This document shows positions 1-11,711 of a stretch of DNA of 64,000 nt, piece by piece; within the stretch, counting starts at the first letter, position 1, and each line of letters starts with the position of its first letter. The stretch is taken from the NCBI GenBank assembly GCA_951406725.2, contig OX597814.1:129394001-129458000 (forward strand). Reading direction: 5' to 3'. The notes beneath the pieces were generated by a model, which made no database searches, was not told the origin of the DNA, and saw only the letters and a program-made list of their open reading frames with translations. The position numbers and the translations under genes were made by a program. This stretch comes from Octopus vulgaris. Taxonomy: Eukaryota.

Positions 1-1294
1 TGCAATGCTTCAACACATACACATGGTGAAGTGGCTGAGTTATTAGAGCATCAGATAAAATGTGTTGTTTTTGTTCTGAGTTTCTGCACTCTGAGTTCAG
101 ACCCTCTGAAGGTCAACTTTACTGTTCAAACTTTTTAGGTGGATATAAAAAATAACCAATTCAATCAGTGGAACTGTAAGAATATTAGATCAAATATCTT
201 GTGGTGTTTGTCCCAGATCTTTACCCTAAGTCCCACTCTTAACATGACATATTCAACAGTAGACTTAACCTGTTGCTAGACTGGACACCACAACTAGGCA
301 CCTTGGGTGTGGCCTTTAGCTGAGCCTAGTCTGTTGCAAGCATTCAGGCCAGGTCACTAGTGGTTTGAAGATAATTTCCTCCTTCTCTCCTCCCAGTCTT
401 GGAGACCCGGGAAAAGGTCAAGTGCATTGTCTCCCTTCCCGACTTAAACAAACAAAAACCTTAGCTGTAAAAAGATAATATAAGCCAATAGCCATTGGGA
501 ATAGTAGTAGTGTAAAAATCAGACAAGAATCTTGTTATCATACTGTACTGTGTTCAGTTCCCATTGTTAAACAAACAAAAAGTTGCGTCAGTGTTCTTCC
601 CCTCAATCTAATCAATAACTGAATTGTCAAGTTTGACACTTTCAGCAAGCAACAGGATGTGCTCTGACAGTTTGACTTCTCCAAATACATTACGTGACAC
701 ACAAGCAGATAAATACACACATTTCATGCCCTAATACTTTATTGGTTATATGACTTGCAAAGTCTCTAATACTCTCCAGATATAAGTGAACATCAAAGAA
801 TCTTGTTTCCTTTCCTATAAATCTGAAATCTGATGCTAATATAAAAAAAGGGTAAATCAATTTATGTAGCTTTAATTTTTTTTTTACTTTTATTTATTTT
901 TCATTTTTCAACAACTTGTTTGGAATTTGTAAGCACTTTCTAAAGTTCATGGAATGATTCTACAAATAACTACAGGTTTAATATACTGTAGGAGTTTGAA
1001 ATTCTACCTAACAGGAAAGCATCAAGATCAAGCAGAAGACACTCCTTCCCTGCCCCCACTTACCCCGCCCCGAGTCAAATGTAATACTTTGATGTGACCT
1101 ACATGAATGTGAGACAGTTAAATGAACATTAATCTGTTCTTGATCTGAGTAGACCCGAGTGACCCAGCAAAAGATCTTTTTTGTTATATTGTAGGGTAGC
1201 TGCGAAAGGCCAGATTGGACCTCAAACAGAACATTTTGAGCCAGATATGGCTGGTTTAAATGGTAAAGTGTTAAAGATTCTGTTGCAAACTTAC

Positions 1295-1359
1295 CAAGAG
1301 AGGAACTTTCTGAAGGATACTGGTGAAGTCTGTCAAGAGCAGCAGCACATACTTGGCAG
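1295..1359 (-). CDS. CERK: Ceramide kinase exon (65 nt, phase 2-1); gene continues beyond the left edge
   Basis: ctgttttccAG...GTAAGT. Encodes CQVCAAALDRLHQYPSESSSL and completes the CERK CxxxCxxC motif (CLAG|CQVC) across the splice junction. Confidence 0.9.
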
Positions 1360-1627
1360 CTGGAAAACAGATGAAACAAAAATTCAATTTAATTTCAGCA
1401 AAGGGAAATACAAATAAATAATAATAATATAGACACAAAAGTGGTTGAGTGGTAAGGCGGTAAGTAGCTTGCTTACTAACCACATGGTTCCAGGTTCAGT
1501 CCCACTGCATGGCACCTTCAGTCCACCTACATGGCATATATAACCTCAGGCCGACCAAAGCCTTGTGAGTGAATTTTGGTAGATGGAAACTGAAAAGAAG
1601 CCTGTCGTGTGTATATATATATATAGT

Positions 1628-2038
1628 AATCATTGCCAGAGCAGCTGACTGACTTCCGTGCCAGTGGCACTTAAAAAGCACCATTCAAGAGTGATCGTTA
1701 CCAACGTCGCCTTACTGGCACTTGTGCCGGGGGCACATGAAAAAGTATTCGAGCGAGGTCGTTGCCAGTGCCGCTGGACTGGCTCCTGTGCAGGTGGCAC
1801 ATAAAAAAAGACCATGTGAGCGTGGCCGTTGCCAGTACCGCCTGACTGACCCTCGTGCCGGTGGCACATAAAAGCACCCACTACACTCTCGGAGTGGTTG
1901 GCATTAGGAAGGGCATCCAGCTGTAGAAACTCTGCCAGATCAGATTGGAGCCTGGTGCAGCCATCTGGTTCACCAGTCCTCAGTCAAATCGTCCAACCCA
2001 TGCTAGCATGGAAAGCAGACATTAAACGATGATGACGA
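1628..2038 (+). mobile_element. RTE 3' UTR/tail copy with four ~65-nt modules, inserted in the (TA)n of a SINE
   Basis: Same terminal cassette as 57895-58090 (ggtggcac..aaaagcaccc...ggaagggcatccagc...ttaaacgatgatg), with (TA)n on both sides. Confidence 0.85.
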
Positions 2039-2479
2039 TATATATATATATGTGATTGCTAGACTAAACTACATATAATTAAATACAATTTTAACAATTC
2101 TTATTAAATACTGGCTGGGAAACGAAGTACAGTATCATCAAAATTAAATGTTAGCATCAATAATTTAAGATAGACTGATGAATCAGAAGATAGTTAAATA
2201 TACATCATTTAATGTATAGAGTATAAAGATACAAGCTACTAATAGTTTTTTGCATTAGAAATGCAAGGCAGGTTATAAAAACCTGCCTAGACTTGCGTCT
2301 CTAATGTAAGACATTAAATGATATTTACCTCTCACTGGATGGAGTACTTTTTTTGTTGGCCTTAGCTCAACGGAACAGTAAATTATATGATATCATTTCA
2401 GCTAAATTAGTTTCTTCAGTTGCACTGCACTTTTGCCTTATTTCAGTTAATTACACCATTGTTCTCTCTCTCTCTAGCA

Positions 2480-2762
2480 CAAGGGTTCTCAACCAATTCT
2501 TATTTATTGACCCCTTTGATTACCCTTTTATTCTGGAGAATCCCTCAGTCACTCGATGTTTAAAAACTAGTTTTATAGAAACTTTTTTTTTTAAATTCCT
2601 ATTTTGTTTTTCACACAATAACTTGTGTAAGTTGAAATATGTTGAATGTTGCAATACACACCAATACATACATCTAAAGCAAAATTTCTTTTCAGGGGCC
2701 CTTAAAATACTATTGTGAACAATTTACTAGTTTGTTACATGAACCCTGGTTGAAAACCATTG
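2480..2762. mobile_element. hAT-like MITE
   Basis: Ends caagggttctcaacca / tggttgaaaaccattg. The interior is homologous, in inverted orientation, to 42726-43053. Confidence 0.75.
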
Positions 2763-2919
2763 CTATGTAAATTTTCTCTTAGGTATGCAATTTCCACGCA
2801 TACCAGCTCTTGATTTTACAAGCTTAAATAAATGAGTGCTCACTCATTAATATTAATAACAACATAATAATAGTATTGTCAAGATTAAATAAGACAAACG
2901 GAAAATTTCCTGTTTCTTG

Positions 2920-2985
<66 letters not shown>

Positions 2986-3699
2986 AATATTACATGTGTG
3001 TGCGTGCGTGTGTTAGAGAGAAGTAAAGGTATATTTCTTCAACTGCTCTGCACCTTTGCTTTGTTTCAGTTACACTACTGTTCTCTACATAACATATAAT
3101 ATACATATATATGTGTGTGTGTGTGTATGTTTAACAAGTACTTGGTGACCCTGTCAGAGCAGGTGCCACTTAAAATCACCCAGTCTACAATGTAAAGTGG
3201 TTGGTATTTGGAAGGGCGTCCAACTGCAAAAACCTCACCAAAACTGACTTTGCTTGTGCTGGCGCCAAATAAAAAGCACTAAGTTCACTCTGCTGAGTGG
3301 TTGGTGTTAAGAAGGGCATCCAGCTGTAAAAATCCTGCCAAAACAATTACAGAAGTCTGGTGCAGGCTTGTGCCTGGCTGGCTCTTGTCAAACCATCCCA
3401 CCCATGCCAGCATGGAAGGCAGACAACAGTTGAGGAAAGAAACTTAGCTGAAAGTGTATCATGAGCTCTATGACTTATGAAATCAGAGATTAACCATGGT
3501 GTGTAAGTGACTGAAATTACGATAGATTCCTTGAATGGGACGCCAGTCTGTCGCAGGGTCAACAGTTGTTGGAACTCATTTACAGCCAAGCAGGCTGGAG
3601 CAACATGAAATGGAGGGTTTTGATCAAGGACACAACACTCAGTTCAGGAATCAAAACTACAATCCTACAATTATCAGTGAAACACCCTAACCCCTAGGC

Positions 3700-4188
3700 C
3701 AGTGCTACTCAAAGTGATGGTCCGCAAGCCATCAGCTGCCAGTATGCGGCAAGTTTCCAGAAAAGAAAGAAACGTTATAAAATGCTTATGTAATATTGTA
3801 TTATTTGTTTACAAAATAAATATATGATAAAAAAAAATTGTCAACTTTTATTATATTCATTATATATATATTGTGTTTGGGGAGAGTAATTTTCTTTTGT
3901 GCCTTATAATGTAACACACTCACTGGTAAAATTTCCACTTTTTCTTATTTTTAGTAAAATTTAAAAAAAAAAAGTGGAAATTTTACCGGTGAGTGTGTTA
4001 CATTATAAGGCACAAAAGAAAACGACTCTCCCCAAAGACAACAGAATATGCTTCAACACACGAACTCATAAGAAGAATCTTGCAAACCAAATCCGAAAAC
4101 GAAATTATATATATTGTTTCCGGTATAAATTAATATTACTAACAAATATTACTAGTCCCTGGCACATTGGTTAGATTGAGAAGCACTG
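3700..4188. mobile_element. hAT-type MITE
   Basis: TIRs cagtgctactcaa / ttgagaagcactg. 8-bp TSD ccctaggc (3692-3699) / ccctaagc (4189-4196). Confidence 0.85.
3871..4105. repeat. Fold-back element family F1, copy 1
   Basis: ~70-bp inverted arms (3871-3943 / 3969-4041) plus a one-sided extension to 4105. Flanked by tatatatattgt on both sides. Confidence 0.85.
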
Positions 4189-4281
4189 CCCTAAGCCACA
4201 CATCTTCACATAAAGAGTCAGGAAGAAAAAGAAAAAAAACTTTGTGGTGCTGTTGTTGTTGTTATTGTATTGATTACTTAC

Positions 4282-4387
4282 CCTGCCAAACATCGAGTGT
4301 TATCTCGAGGATGACTGTCATGAACAGTGGTAGGTAGAAAGGAAACTTCTCCCAGGTAGGATTGATTTGCTAGAAACTTCTTGAAAC
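4282..4387 (-). CDS. CERK: Ceramide kinase exon (106 nt, phase 1-2)
   Basis: tctttcAG...GTAAGT. Encodes FKKFLANQSYLGEVSFLPTTVHDSHPRDNTRCLAG. Confidence 0.95.
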
Positions 4388-4552
4388 CTGAAAGAAAATG
4401 AAAAAAAAATTATTAAACCAGAAAAATTCAATCAAGTAATATTAACTTTTTCAACACTCCTGTCCCTAAGACTGCATGGAAACTCCTGTTACCAACCCAC
4501 TCATATTAAAGTGTTATTTAGATTAAAATCTCATTCTAAATATTATTAAATA

Positions 4553-4985
4553 TAGGCTCAGGAGTAGCTGTGTGGTAAATAGCTTGCTTACCAACCACAT
4601 GGTTCCGAGTTCAGTTCCACTGCATGGCACCTTGTGCAAGTGTCTTCTACTATAGCCTCAGGCTGACCAAAGCCTTGTGAGTGGATTTGGTAGATGGAAA
4701 CTGAAAGAAGCCCATCGTATATATGTGTATATATATATATATATAAGTATGTGTGTGTATATATTGTGTGTCTGTGTTTGTACCCCCAACATCGTTTGAC
4801 AACTGGTGTTGGTGTGTTTAGGTTCCCGTAACTTAGCGGTTCGGCAAAAGAGACCGATAGAATAAGTACAAGGCTTACAAAGAATAAGTCCTGGGGTCGA
4901 TTTGATTCGACAAAAAGGCGGTGCTCCAGCATGGCCGCAGTCAAATGACTGAAACAAGTAAAAGAGTAAAAAAGAGTAAAGAGTT
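4553..4985 (+). mobile_element. tRNA-derived SINE family A (CORE-like), full length
   Basis: A-box-like (agctgtgtgg) and B-box-like (gagttcagttcc) motifs, a ggcaccttg(g/t)gcaagtg CORE-like segment, an internal (TA)n/(TG)n, and an (aaaagagt)n tail. More than 15 copies occur in the window. Confidence 0.85.
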
Positions 4986-5771
4986 ACATAAATGATAAAT
5001 TGAGGTTTTAATAAGTAAAGGTGTATTTCAAATACCAAAATTGTGTGTGATCATAAACTCTGCTAAACAACAACCTTATGATGTGATATCTAAGGCCAAT
5101 GAAAGACATCAGAGAGAGAGAGAAGAATAGCAGACTAAAATTTATATTTAGTTTTGTTCCTCTAAGCCCCAAAGTGAAATTTAATTAGAGCTGACTTTGT
5201 CTTTAATTACTTTAGAAGTTCAATAAAATAAGTTGGAATCAAATGAATTCTCTCTCTTTGTAAGAGTATGCTTTGTATTCAATTAATCAATTAGTCCAAC
5301 CCAAGCCAGCATGGAAAACGGACATTAAACGATGATGATGATGAATAAATGTTATATTTAAACTGAATAAAATCCCTTACTCATATATGAATGTTCAGTA
5401 TTGAGTAACTACCACCAACAAAAACAAGGCAAATCAACATGGAAAACAACAGCCAAATCACACATCACTATCTTAGAGAATATTTTGGATAATGTGATCC
5501 GAGATACACTGTGTCTGAATAACAGCATAGTCCCAATTGAAATGACTTTGATCGGCAGTCTCATTGATCATCACTAAACTGAGAGTAAACAATAACAGGT
5601 AGTGTCAGGGATAGCGGTGAGTGACAATGGTATCATCACCATTATCATCATTTCTTTTTTGTTTAACATCTACTTTTCCATTCTTGCATGGGTCAGATGG
5701 ATTTTTTTGTTGAGGCAAATTTTCTTTGATAGAATGCCCTTCCTGTTCTTGACTTTCATCTGTTTCTAAGT

Positions 5772-6230
5772 CATCATTATCATCATCGTTGTTTAACATC
5801 CGCTTTCCATGCTAGCATGGGTTGGCCGATTTGACTGAGGACTGGTGAACCAGATGGCTGCACCAGGCTCCAATCTGGCCTGGCAGAGTTTTTACAGCTG
5901 GATGCCTTCCTAATGCCAACCACTCCGAGAGTGTAGTGGGTGCTTTTATGTGCCACTGGCACAAGGGCCAGTCAAGCAGTACTGGCAACGGTCACGAAAA
6001 ACTCATGTCTTTTTTTTTACGTGTCACCTGCATACCGGCACAAGTGCCAGTAAGGTGTCACTAGTAACGATCATGCTCGAATGGTGTTTTCTACGTGCCA
6101 CCAGCATGAACGCCAGTTAGCTGCTCTGGCAACGATCATGCTCAGATGGTGCTCTTAGTGCCCCACTAGCACGGATGCCAGTCATCGAATTTGATTTCAA
6201 TTCCAATTTCGATTTCACTTGCCTCAACAG
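5772..6230 (-). mobile_element. RTE 3' UTR/tail copy
   Basis: (cat)n...tttaacatccgctttccatgctagcatgggttgg followed by repeated gtgccac-ggcac modules. Confidence 0.85.
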
Positions 6231-6627
6231 GCCTTCGCTTCCCCAAGGCCAGACCTTTTCTCATAGAAGACTAGAAATGAACAGCATTGCTTTTACGACT
6301 GATGCTCATTTACAACCATCATATGAAGCCCAGACAAGGAATCACAAGCACACACACACAGAGGCTTCTTTCTGTTTCTGTATACCAAATCCACTCACAA
6401 AGTTTTAGTTGGCCTGAGATTTAAGTAAAAGATACTGGCCCAAGGGGCCATGCAGTGGGACTGAACCCAACACCGCATGATTGGGAAAGCAGCTTCTTAA
6501 CTATACAGCCATGCTGTATCTATATCTATTGGGAGGTGGGAAAGAGAGACTGGATGAGTTCAATGAAAGATGATGATAAGAACATACTATTTCATTAAAG
6601 CCAGAGAAGTTTTTTAATTATAAGTCT

Positions 6628-6928
6628 AACTTTTTTATGTTCTTAACATGTTGTTGTTACCAAAGAATGTATATATGTATTGTAGTATTTTGTGACAACC
6701 AATATTCTGTGCGTGTATGAATATACAGATACAGTACCAATATTCCACTGAACTTTTTAATAATTCCTTCTGGAAACTATCTTAAACATTTTCTTGAGAA
6801 TGTATATTTATGTTGCAATCTTTTGTGCCCAATATTTTAATGAACTTGTTAAACTTTTTTATGTCCTTAACATGTTCTTGTTACCAAAGACTGTATATAT
6901 GTATTGTAGCATTTTGTGACAACCAATA
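6628..6928. repeat. 77-bp direct repeat pair (6628-6704, 6852-6928)
   Basis: aacttttttatgt.cttaacatgtt.ttgttaccaaaga.tgtatatatgtattgtag.attttgtgacaaccaata occurs twice. Confidence 0.9.
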
Positions 6929-7070
6929 ATTAACACAACCAAACTTTTACATGTTACTTTTGACAATCTTTTTCTAAAGAGTGAAACCAGTAAAGTAAAT
7001 AAACATCTTTTAAAATTGCATTTTCAAACCTTCTTTCGTGTATATATATATATATATATATATATATTTT

Positions 7071-7366
7071 ATTATGAGTATAATTATAATTAGGGTTCAG
7101 CAAAAAAATTTGCTTTACCACATAACGAACTTTAGAAATAGCAGTCAAAGAACTTAGCTATTTCTTCTACTATAAGAAATGGCTGCTATTTCTAAAGTTC
7201 GGTATGTGGTGAAGCAAATTTTTTTGCTGAACCCTAATTATAATTATACTCATAATTATAAAAAATATCGTTTAAAGTTTACCGAAAAGGGTCCTTTTAA
7301 CATGCCGAATACTACTTGGTGGAATTATTAATTATTAATTAATTTTACCCTTTATTATTATTGATT
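7071..7366. repeat. Fold-back element F2 inside (TA)n
   Basis: 74-bp arms 7071-7144 / 7183-7256 with two mismatches, and a one-sided extension to about 7366. Confidence 0.88.
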
Positions 7367-7786
7367 ATATATATATATATATAGGTTATGAGAATATCTG
7401 ACCACTCACCCATTTAAACTAGCACTTACTTGACATATCATCATTATCCATTGTTTCATTAAATTATAACCAATTAGATAATTGACACACATCCATTCAT
7501 ATAATTAACACATATCCAGTTATACAATTAACACTTTTCTGTTTCAGCTCAACAGCATTTTTCCATAACTAAACTAAATGAAGTTACTAAAAGAAATGAC
7601 ACTGTGTTTCCAGTTCACTCCTACAATCATCATCATTTAACATCCATTTTGCCATCTGGCATGTCTCAAATGGTTCGGCAGGAACTGGTGAGTCAGAAGA
7701 CTGCATCAAACTCCAATGTTTACTTTGGCATAGCTTTTATGCCCTTCCTAATGCCGCCACATTACAGAGTGTACTGGATGATTTCT

Positions 7787-8003
7787 TATTTCTTTATTGC
7801 CCACAAGGGGCCAAACAAGGACAGACAAAGGGATTAAGTTGATTACATCGACCCCAGTGCGTAACTGGTACTTAATTTATCGACCCTGAAATGATGAAAA
7901 GCAAAGTCGACCTCGGCGGAGTTTCAACTCAGAATGTAACAGCAGACGATATACCGGTCAGCATTTTGCCCGGCATGCTAATGTTTCTGCCAGCTCGCCG
8001 CCT
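7787..8003 (-). mobile_element. SINE family B (MetaSINE-like domain) with 19-bp TSD
   Basis: TSD agtgtactggatgatttct at 7768-7786 and 8020-8038. The body carries a tttcatc..ttc.gggtcgataaattaagtaccag motif resembling the Meta domain. Confidence 0.85.
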
Positions 8004-8870
8004 TATCATCAAATCATCCAGTGTACTGGATGATTTCTACTTGAGACAAAACACAAACGGATGACTTTTCACAATTTTTCCTAAGCTAACAGAAACATCA
8101 ACCAAATCTCCTTAAAATCACACACTAATATCATGAAAATATGAAGGAGGGCAAGTTGGATGACAAAGTCCTAGATACTGATATTGCGAAAAGGAAAACA
8201 AGTGATAGTCACAGCTGGAATGGCCTTGATTATTGGCTTTACTTGATCATTGGCACAAAGCAACAACAAATAGTAACCAAGATATGCATTATCATTAAAA
8301 CAAATATTTGCCTGATTTTCTTCAACACTTTCATATCAAACAAGAACAAACACAGGCATATATGCATGACAACTTAATCTAATAGATTAAGATCTTTTTG
8401 GTTAAGAGGTCAGAGCAAGTTGGGAGTGGCATTGCAAGTAAAACTTCCTGTTTTGCAGTGGCCAAACAAAAGTGTAGATATTTAAACTGAATAAAATCCC
8501 TCCTTACTCATATATGAATGTTGAGTATTGAGTAACTACCACCAACAATAACAAGGCAAACCAACATGGGAAACAACAGCCAAATCACACATCAAATAAG
8601 CAACAACAGTTTCTACCATAGGCATGAGGCCTCACATTAGGCAGAAGGTTATCAATTACACCGACTACACTATCTGAATGGTACTTACTTTGTCAACACC
8701 AGAATGGTGAAAGACAAAGTCTAATCCAATGGGATTTGAACTCAGAATGCAAAACAATGTCACTAAATAGTGGAAAGTATTATGCTCAAAGCTCTACCAA
8801 CATTATCAACCTTTCACTCAAGTGAAATAGACAATGACAATTATAGCTACATTGAGGTCTGATGACTGTA

Positions 8871-8987
8871 AAGGGGAGATGGGTTCAACTCCAAAACAGG
8901 TAAAAAAAAATGGGGAGATGGGTTCAACTTCAAAACAGAGCTATAAGAAAAGGGGGAGATAGGTTTAACTTCAAAATAAAACTATAA
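8871..8987. repeat. ~40-bp tandem repeat x3
   Basis: ggggagatgggttcaact(c/t)caaaacag units. Confidence 0.85.
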
Positions 8988-9056
8988 AGTTCATCTGGTT
9001 TCTTTACTAGTCTTGAAATTCCTTCAGTCACCAAGACCTCTCAAAATTCAATGCTT

Positions 9057-9277
9057 ATCATCATCGTTTAACGTCCGTTTTCCGTGCTAGCATGGGTTGG
9101 ACGGTTCAACCGGGGTCTGGGAAGCCAGGAGGCTGCACCAGGCTCCAGTCTGATCTGGCAGTGTTTCTACAGCTGGATGCCCTTCCTAATGCCAACCACT
9201 CCGTGAGTGTAGTGGGTGCTTTTTACGTGCCACCGGCACAGGTGCCAGAGGAGGCTGGCAGCGGCCACAATCGGTTA
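9057..9277 (-). mobile_element. RTE tail copy
   Basis: atcatcatcgtttaacgtccgttttcc... matches the reverse complement of the LINE tail at 57895-58090. Confidence 0.85.
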
Positions 9278-9564
9278 TAAATCAAGAATAGGAGAGAGAT
9301 GGAAGATAGTTGATTACACACCAGTTTATAAGGTACACACAGATATATTACTTATGGGTTCAATCCCATCCTATGTAGCAGCAATCACTGGATGATTTTT
9401 TTTTTTTACTTACTACATCAAAGTGTGGTGCTATGGAAAGTAAGGTCCACTTGGAAACAGTGCAATACTTCACTGCAATCTACCAGTCTTGCAGATAAAT
9501 AATCCTGTAGATCCTTGGTTTCAGTCTTTCAAATGTTCTTTCTTTCTTTCTTTTCTTTTCTTTT

Positions 9565-9978
9565 ATTCTTTTATTTGTTTCGGTCATTTGACTGTGGCCA
9601 TACTGGAGCACTGCCTTTAGTCAAGCAAATCAACCCCAGGTCTTATTCTTTGTAAGCATAGTACTTATTCTATCGGTTTCTTTTGCTGAACCGCTAAGTA
9701 ATGGGGACATATACACACCAGCATCGGTTGTCAAGCAATGTTTGAGTGGGTGGGGGGAGGACAAACACAGACACACAAACATATACATGTATATATATAT
9801 ATATATATACATACGATGGGTTTCTTTCAGTTTCCGTCTTCCAAATCCACTCACAAGGCTTTGGTCGGTCCGTGACTATAGCAGAAGACACTTGCCCAAG
9901 GTGCCACGCAGTGGGACTGAACCCGGAACCATGTGGTTGGTAAGCAAGCTACTTACCACACAGCCACTCCTGCGCCTA
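9565..9978 (-). mobile_element. SINE family A, full length
   Basis: Reverse complement of 4553-4985. Confidence 0.85.
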
Positions 9979-10308
9979 TCTTTAAGTTTATTCCCTCTTA
10001 TGGGTAAAAATCCAAACCTTTTACATATATTCATTACAAATAACTGTTGTGATTCAACTCGAGTCTAAAAACTAATTATTTTATAATGTTTAGACAAAAA
10101 ATACAGTTGTTAATTACTGGTTTCTAGCAGGCTAGTTGCTGATTTGTTGCACTTCTGATGGTGACAAGGAGTGACAAGGGAGCATCTGTAACTCAATGCA
10201 GAATAATATCTCAAGGAACTTCACTTATAATACAGAATTGCTTTCTTTCTGATGTTTATATCTTTGTTGGTACATACATAGATGAAGGACAAATGCACAC
10301 AGACACAC

Positions 10309-10458
10309 CTACATATGCAATGTGCTTCAGTAAAATATCTGTCTATCAAATTCCAGGGACAATCATCATCATCCTCATCATCATCACTACATATGCAATG
10401 TGCTTCGGTAAAATATCTGTCTATCAAATTCCAGGGACAATCATCCTCATCATCATCA
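10309..10458. repeat. ~78-bp tandem duplication abutting an RTE tail
   Basis: ctacatatgcaatgtgcttc(a/g)gtaaaatatctgtctatcaaattccagggacaatcatc... occurs twice. Confidence 0.9.
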
Positions 10459-10790
10459 TTTAACGTCCGTTTTCCATGCTAGCATGGGTTGGACGGTTCG
10501 ACCGGGGTCTGGTAAGCCATGGAGGCTGCACCAGGCTCCAGTCTGATTTGGCAGTGTTTCTAAAGCTGGATGCCCTTCCTAACGCCAACCACTCCATGAG
10601 TGTAGTGGGTGCTTTTTACGTGCCACCAGCACAGGGGCCAGAGGAGGCTGGCAAACGGCCCGATCGGTTGGTGCTTTTATGTGTCACCGACACGGACACC
10701 AGTCAGGCGGCACTGGCATCTGCCATGTTCGGACGGTGCTTTTTATGTGTCACCAGCACACGTGTCTTAACTACAATTTCCATTTGATTT
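10440..10790 (-). mobile_element. RTE tail copy
   Basis: Same cassette plus two further modules. Confidence 0.85.
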
Positions 10791-11711
10791 TTATCAATGT
10801 GTTGGTTAACTCAAAGCTAAAATACAAATTATAAGATGCTTGCACAGTGAGATTGAACTTGGGCCCATGCAGTTGTGAAGCAAACTTCTTAGCAACACAG
10901 CCACGTTTATGGAAACATATTTCGTTGGTCCCTAAAACAAGACATACATTGCCCTTAGCAACAAAGCTAGACATTTGTTCATTTCAAACACCTACTTTAT
11001 GTGCTTGCATGCATTTGAGCCTTTCCCCTCTGGTGTTTCATTGTTAATATGGTCTAGCTTTGGAATTAATGCTAATTGTTGGAATAATTACCAACAGTAA
11101 CTGAATAAGGAACTAAAGAAGTTTGTCTAACTACATGTAATAATAGCAAAGAGAGATTTCTAAATATCAATATTATGCCACCTCTACTTGGTTAATAGTG
11201 TGTAGTGCATATATCATTCACACTTCTATAATTGTAATAATTATATAATTATAATTTTTCCACTTCTGATAATTATATTTACTAATGACTCATAATAGAA
11301 AAAAAACGAAAAGGAAATGAATTAAAAAATCACGAACACAGACAAGTGTCTATCAGAAATATTGATTTGTTTTTGTTTTTTTTACATAGTTAACAAACAA
11401 TCAGAAAAACTCATTACTTTATAATTGGCTCCGTTCCACTTACAAACCATCAAAGGGTACCAACAACATTGTTAGAAAGACCTTGGCAGAAATAGAAACA
11501 AATCTCACAAGATCTTTCATAGAAAAATTTTGTATTTTTCACTTTGAAGACAGTAGAATGGTGTAGAAATAGTGTAGAAGACACAACTTCATGGTACCAA
11601 CACTGTTATCTCTTGAATATTTCTAAGTGCAAATTTCATTAGGTTCAATTCTACAGCTCTCTGCTGACAATACCAGGGAATGGTAACAGTCATATCCATA
11701 TATATTTTCAT

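Noticed and set aside
538-720. Cys-rich minus-strand ORF as the next CERK exon
   Set aside because: No similarity to the expected next CERK segment (W..V.GKF.AIN...GLSP.AHL.DG) and no convincing splice signals. The next exon probably lies beyond the window.
1630-1880. CRISPR-like repeat-spacer appearance of the GTGCC.GTGGCAC..AAAAGCACC units
   Set aside because: The apparent spacers are homologous to each other, the units belong to a LINE 3' UTR found in many dispersed copies, the context is eukaryotic, and no cas genes are present.
2328-2436. Possible minus-strand exon ending in AG|GTAAAT
   Set aside because: No polypyrimidine tract, and there is an in-frame stop in the required phase. The 1359-1295 exon fits instead.
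4588-5038. Recurrent ORFs such as MTAAMLEHR...EDTCPRCHAVGLNPEPCGW and ...LQLDALPNANHS...
   Set aside because: Chance translations of SINE and RTE-UTR consensus sequence. They recur at every copy with variable frames and stops.
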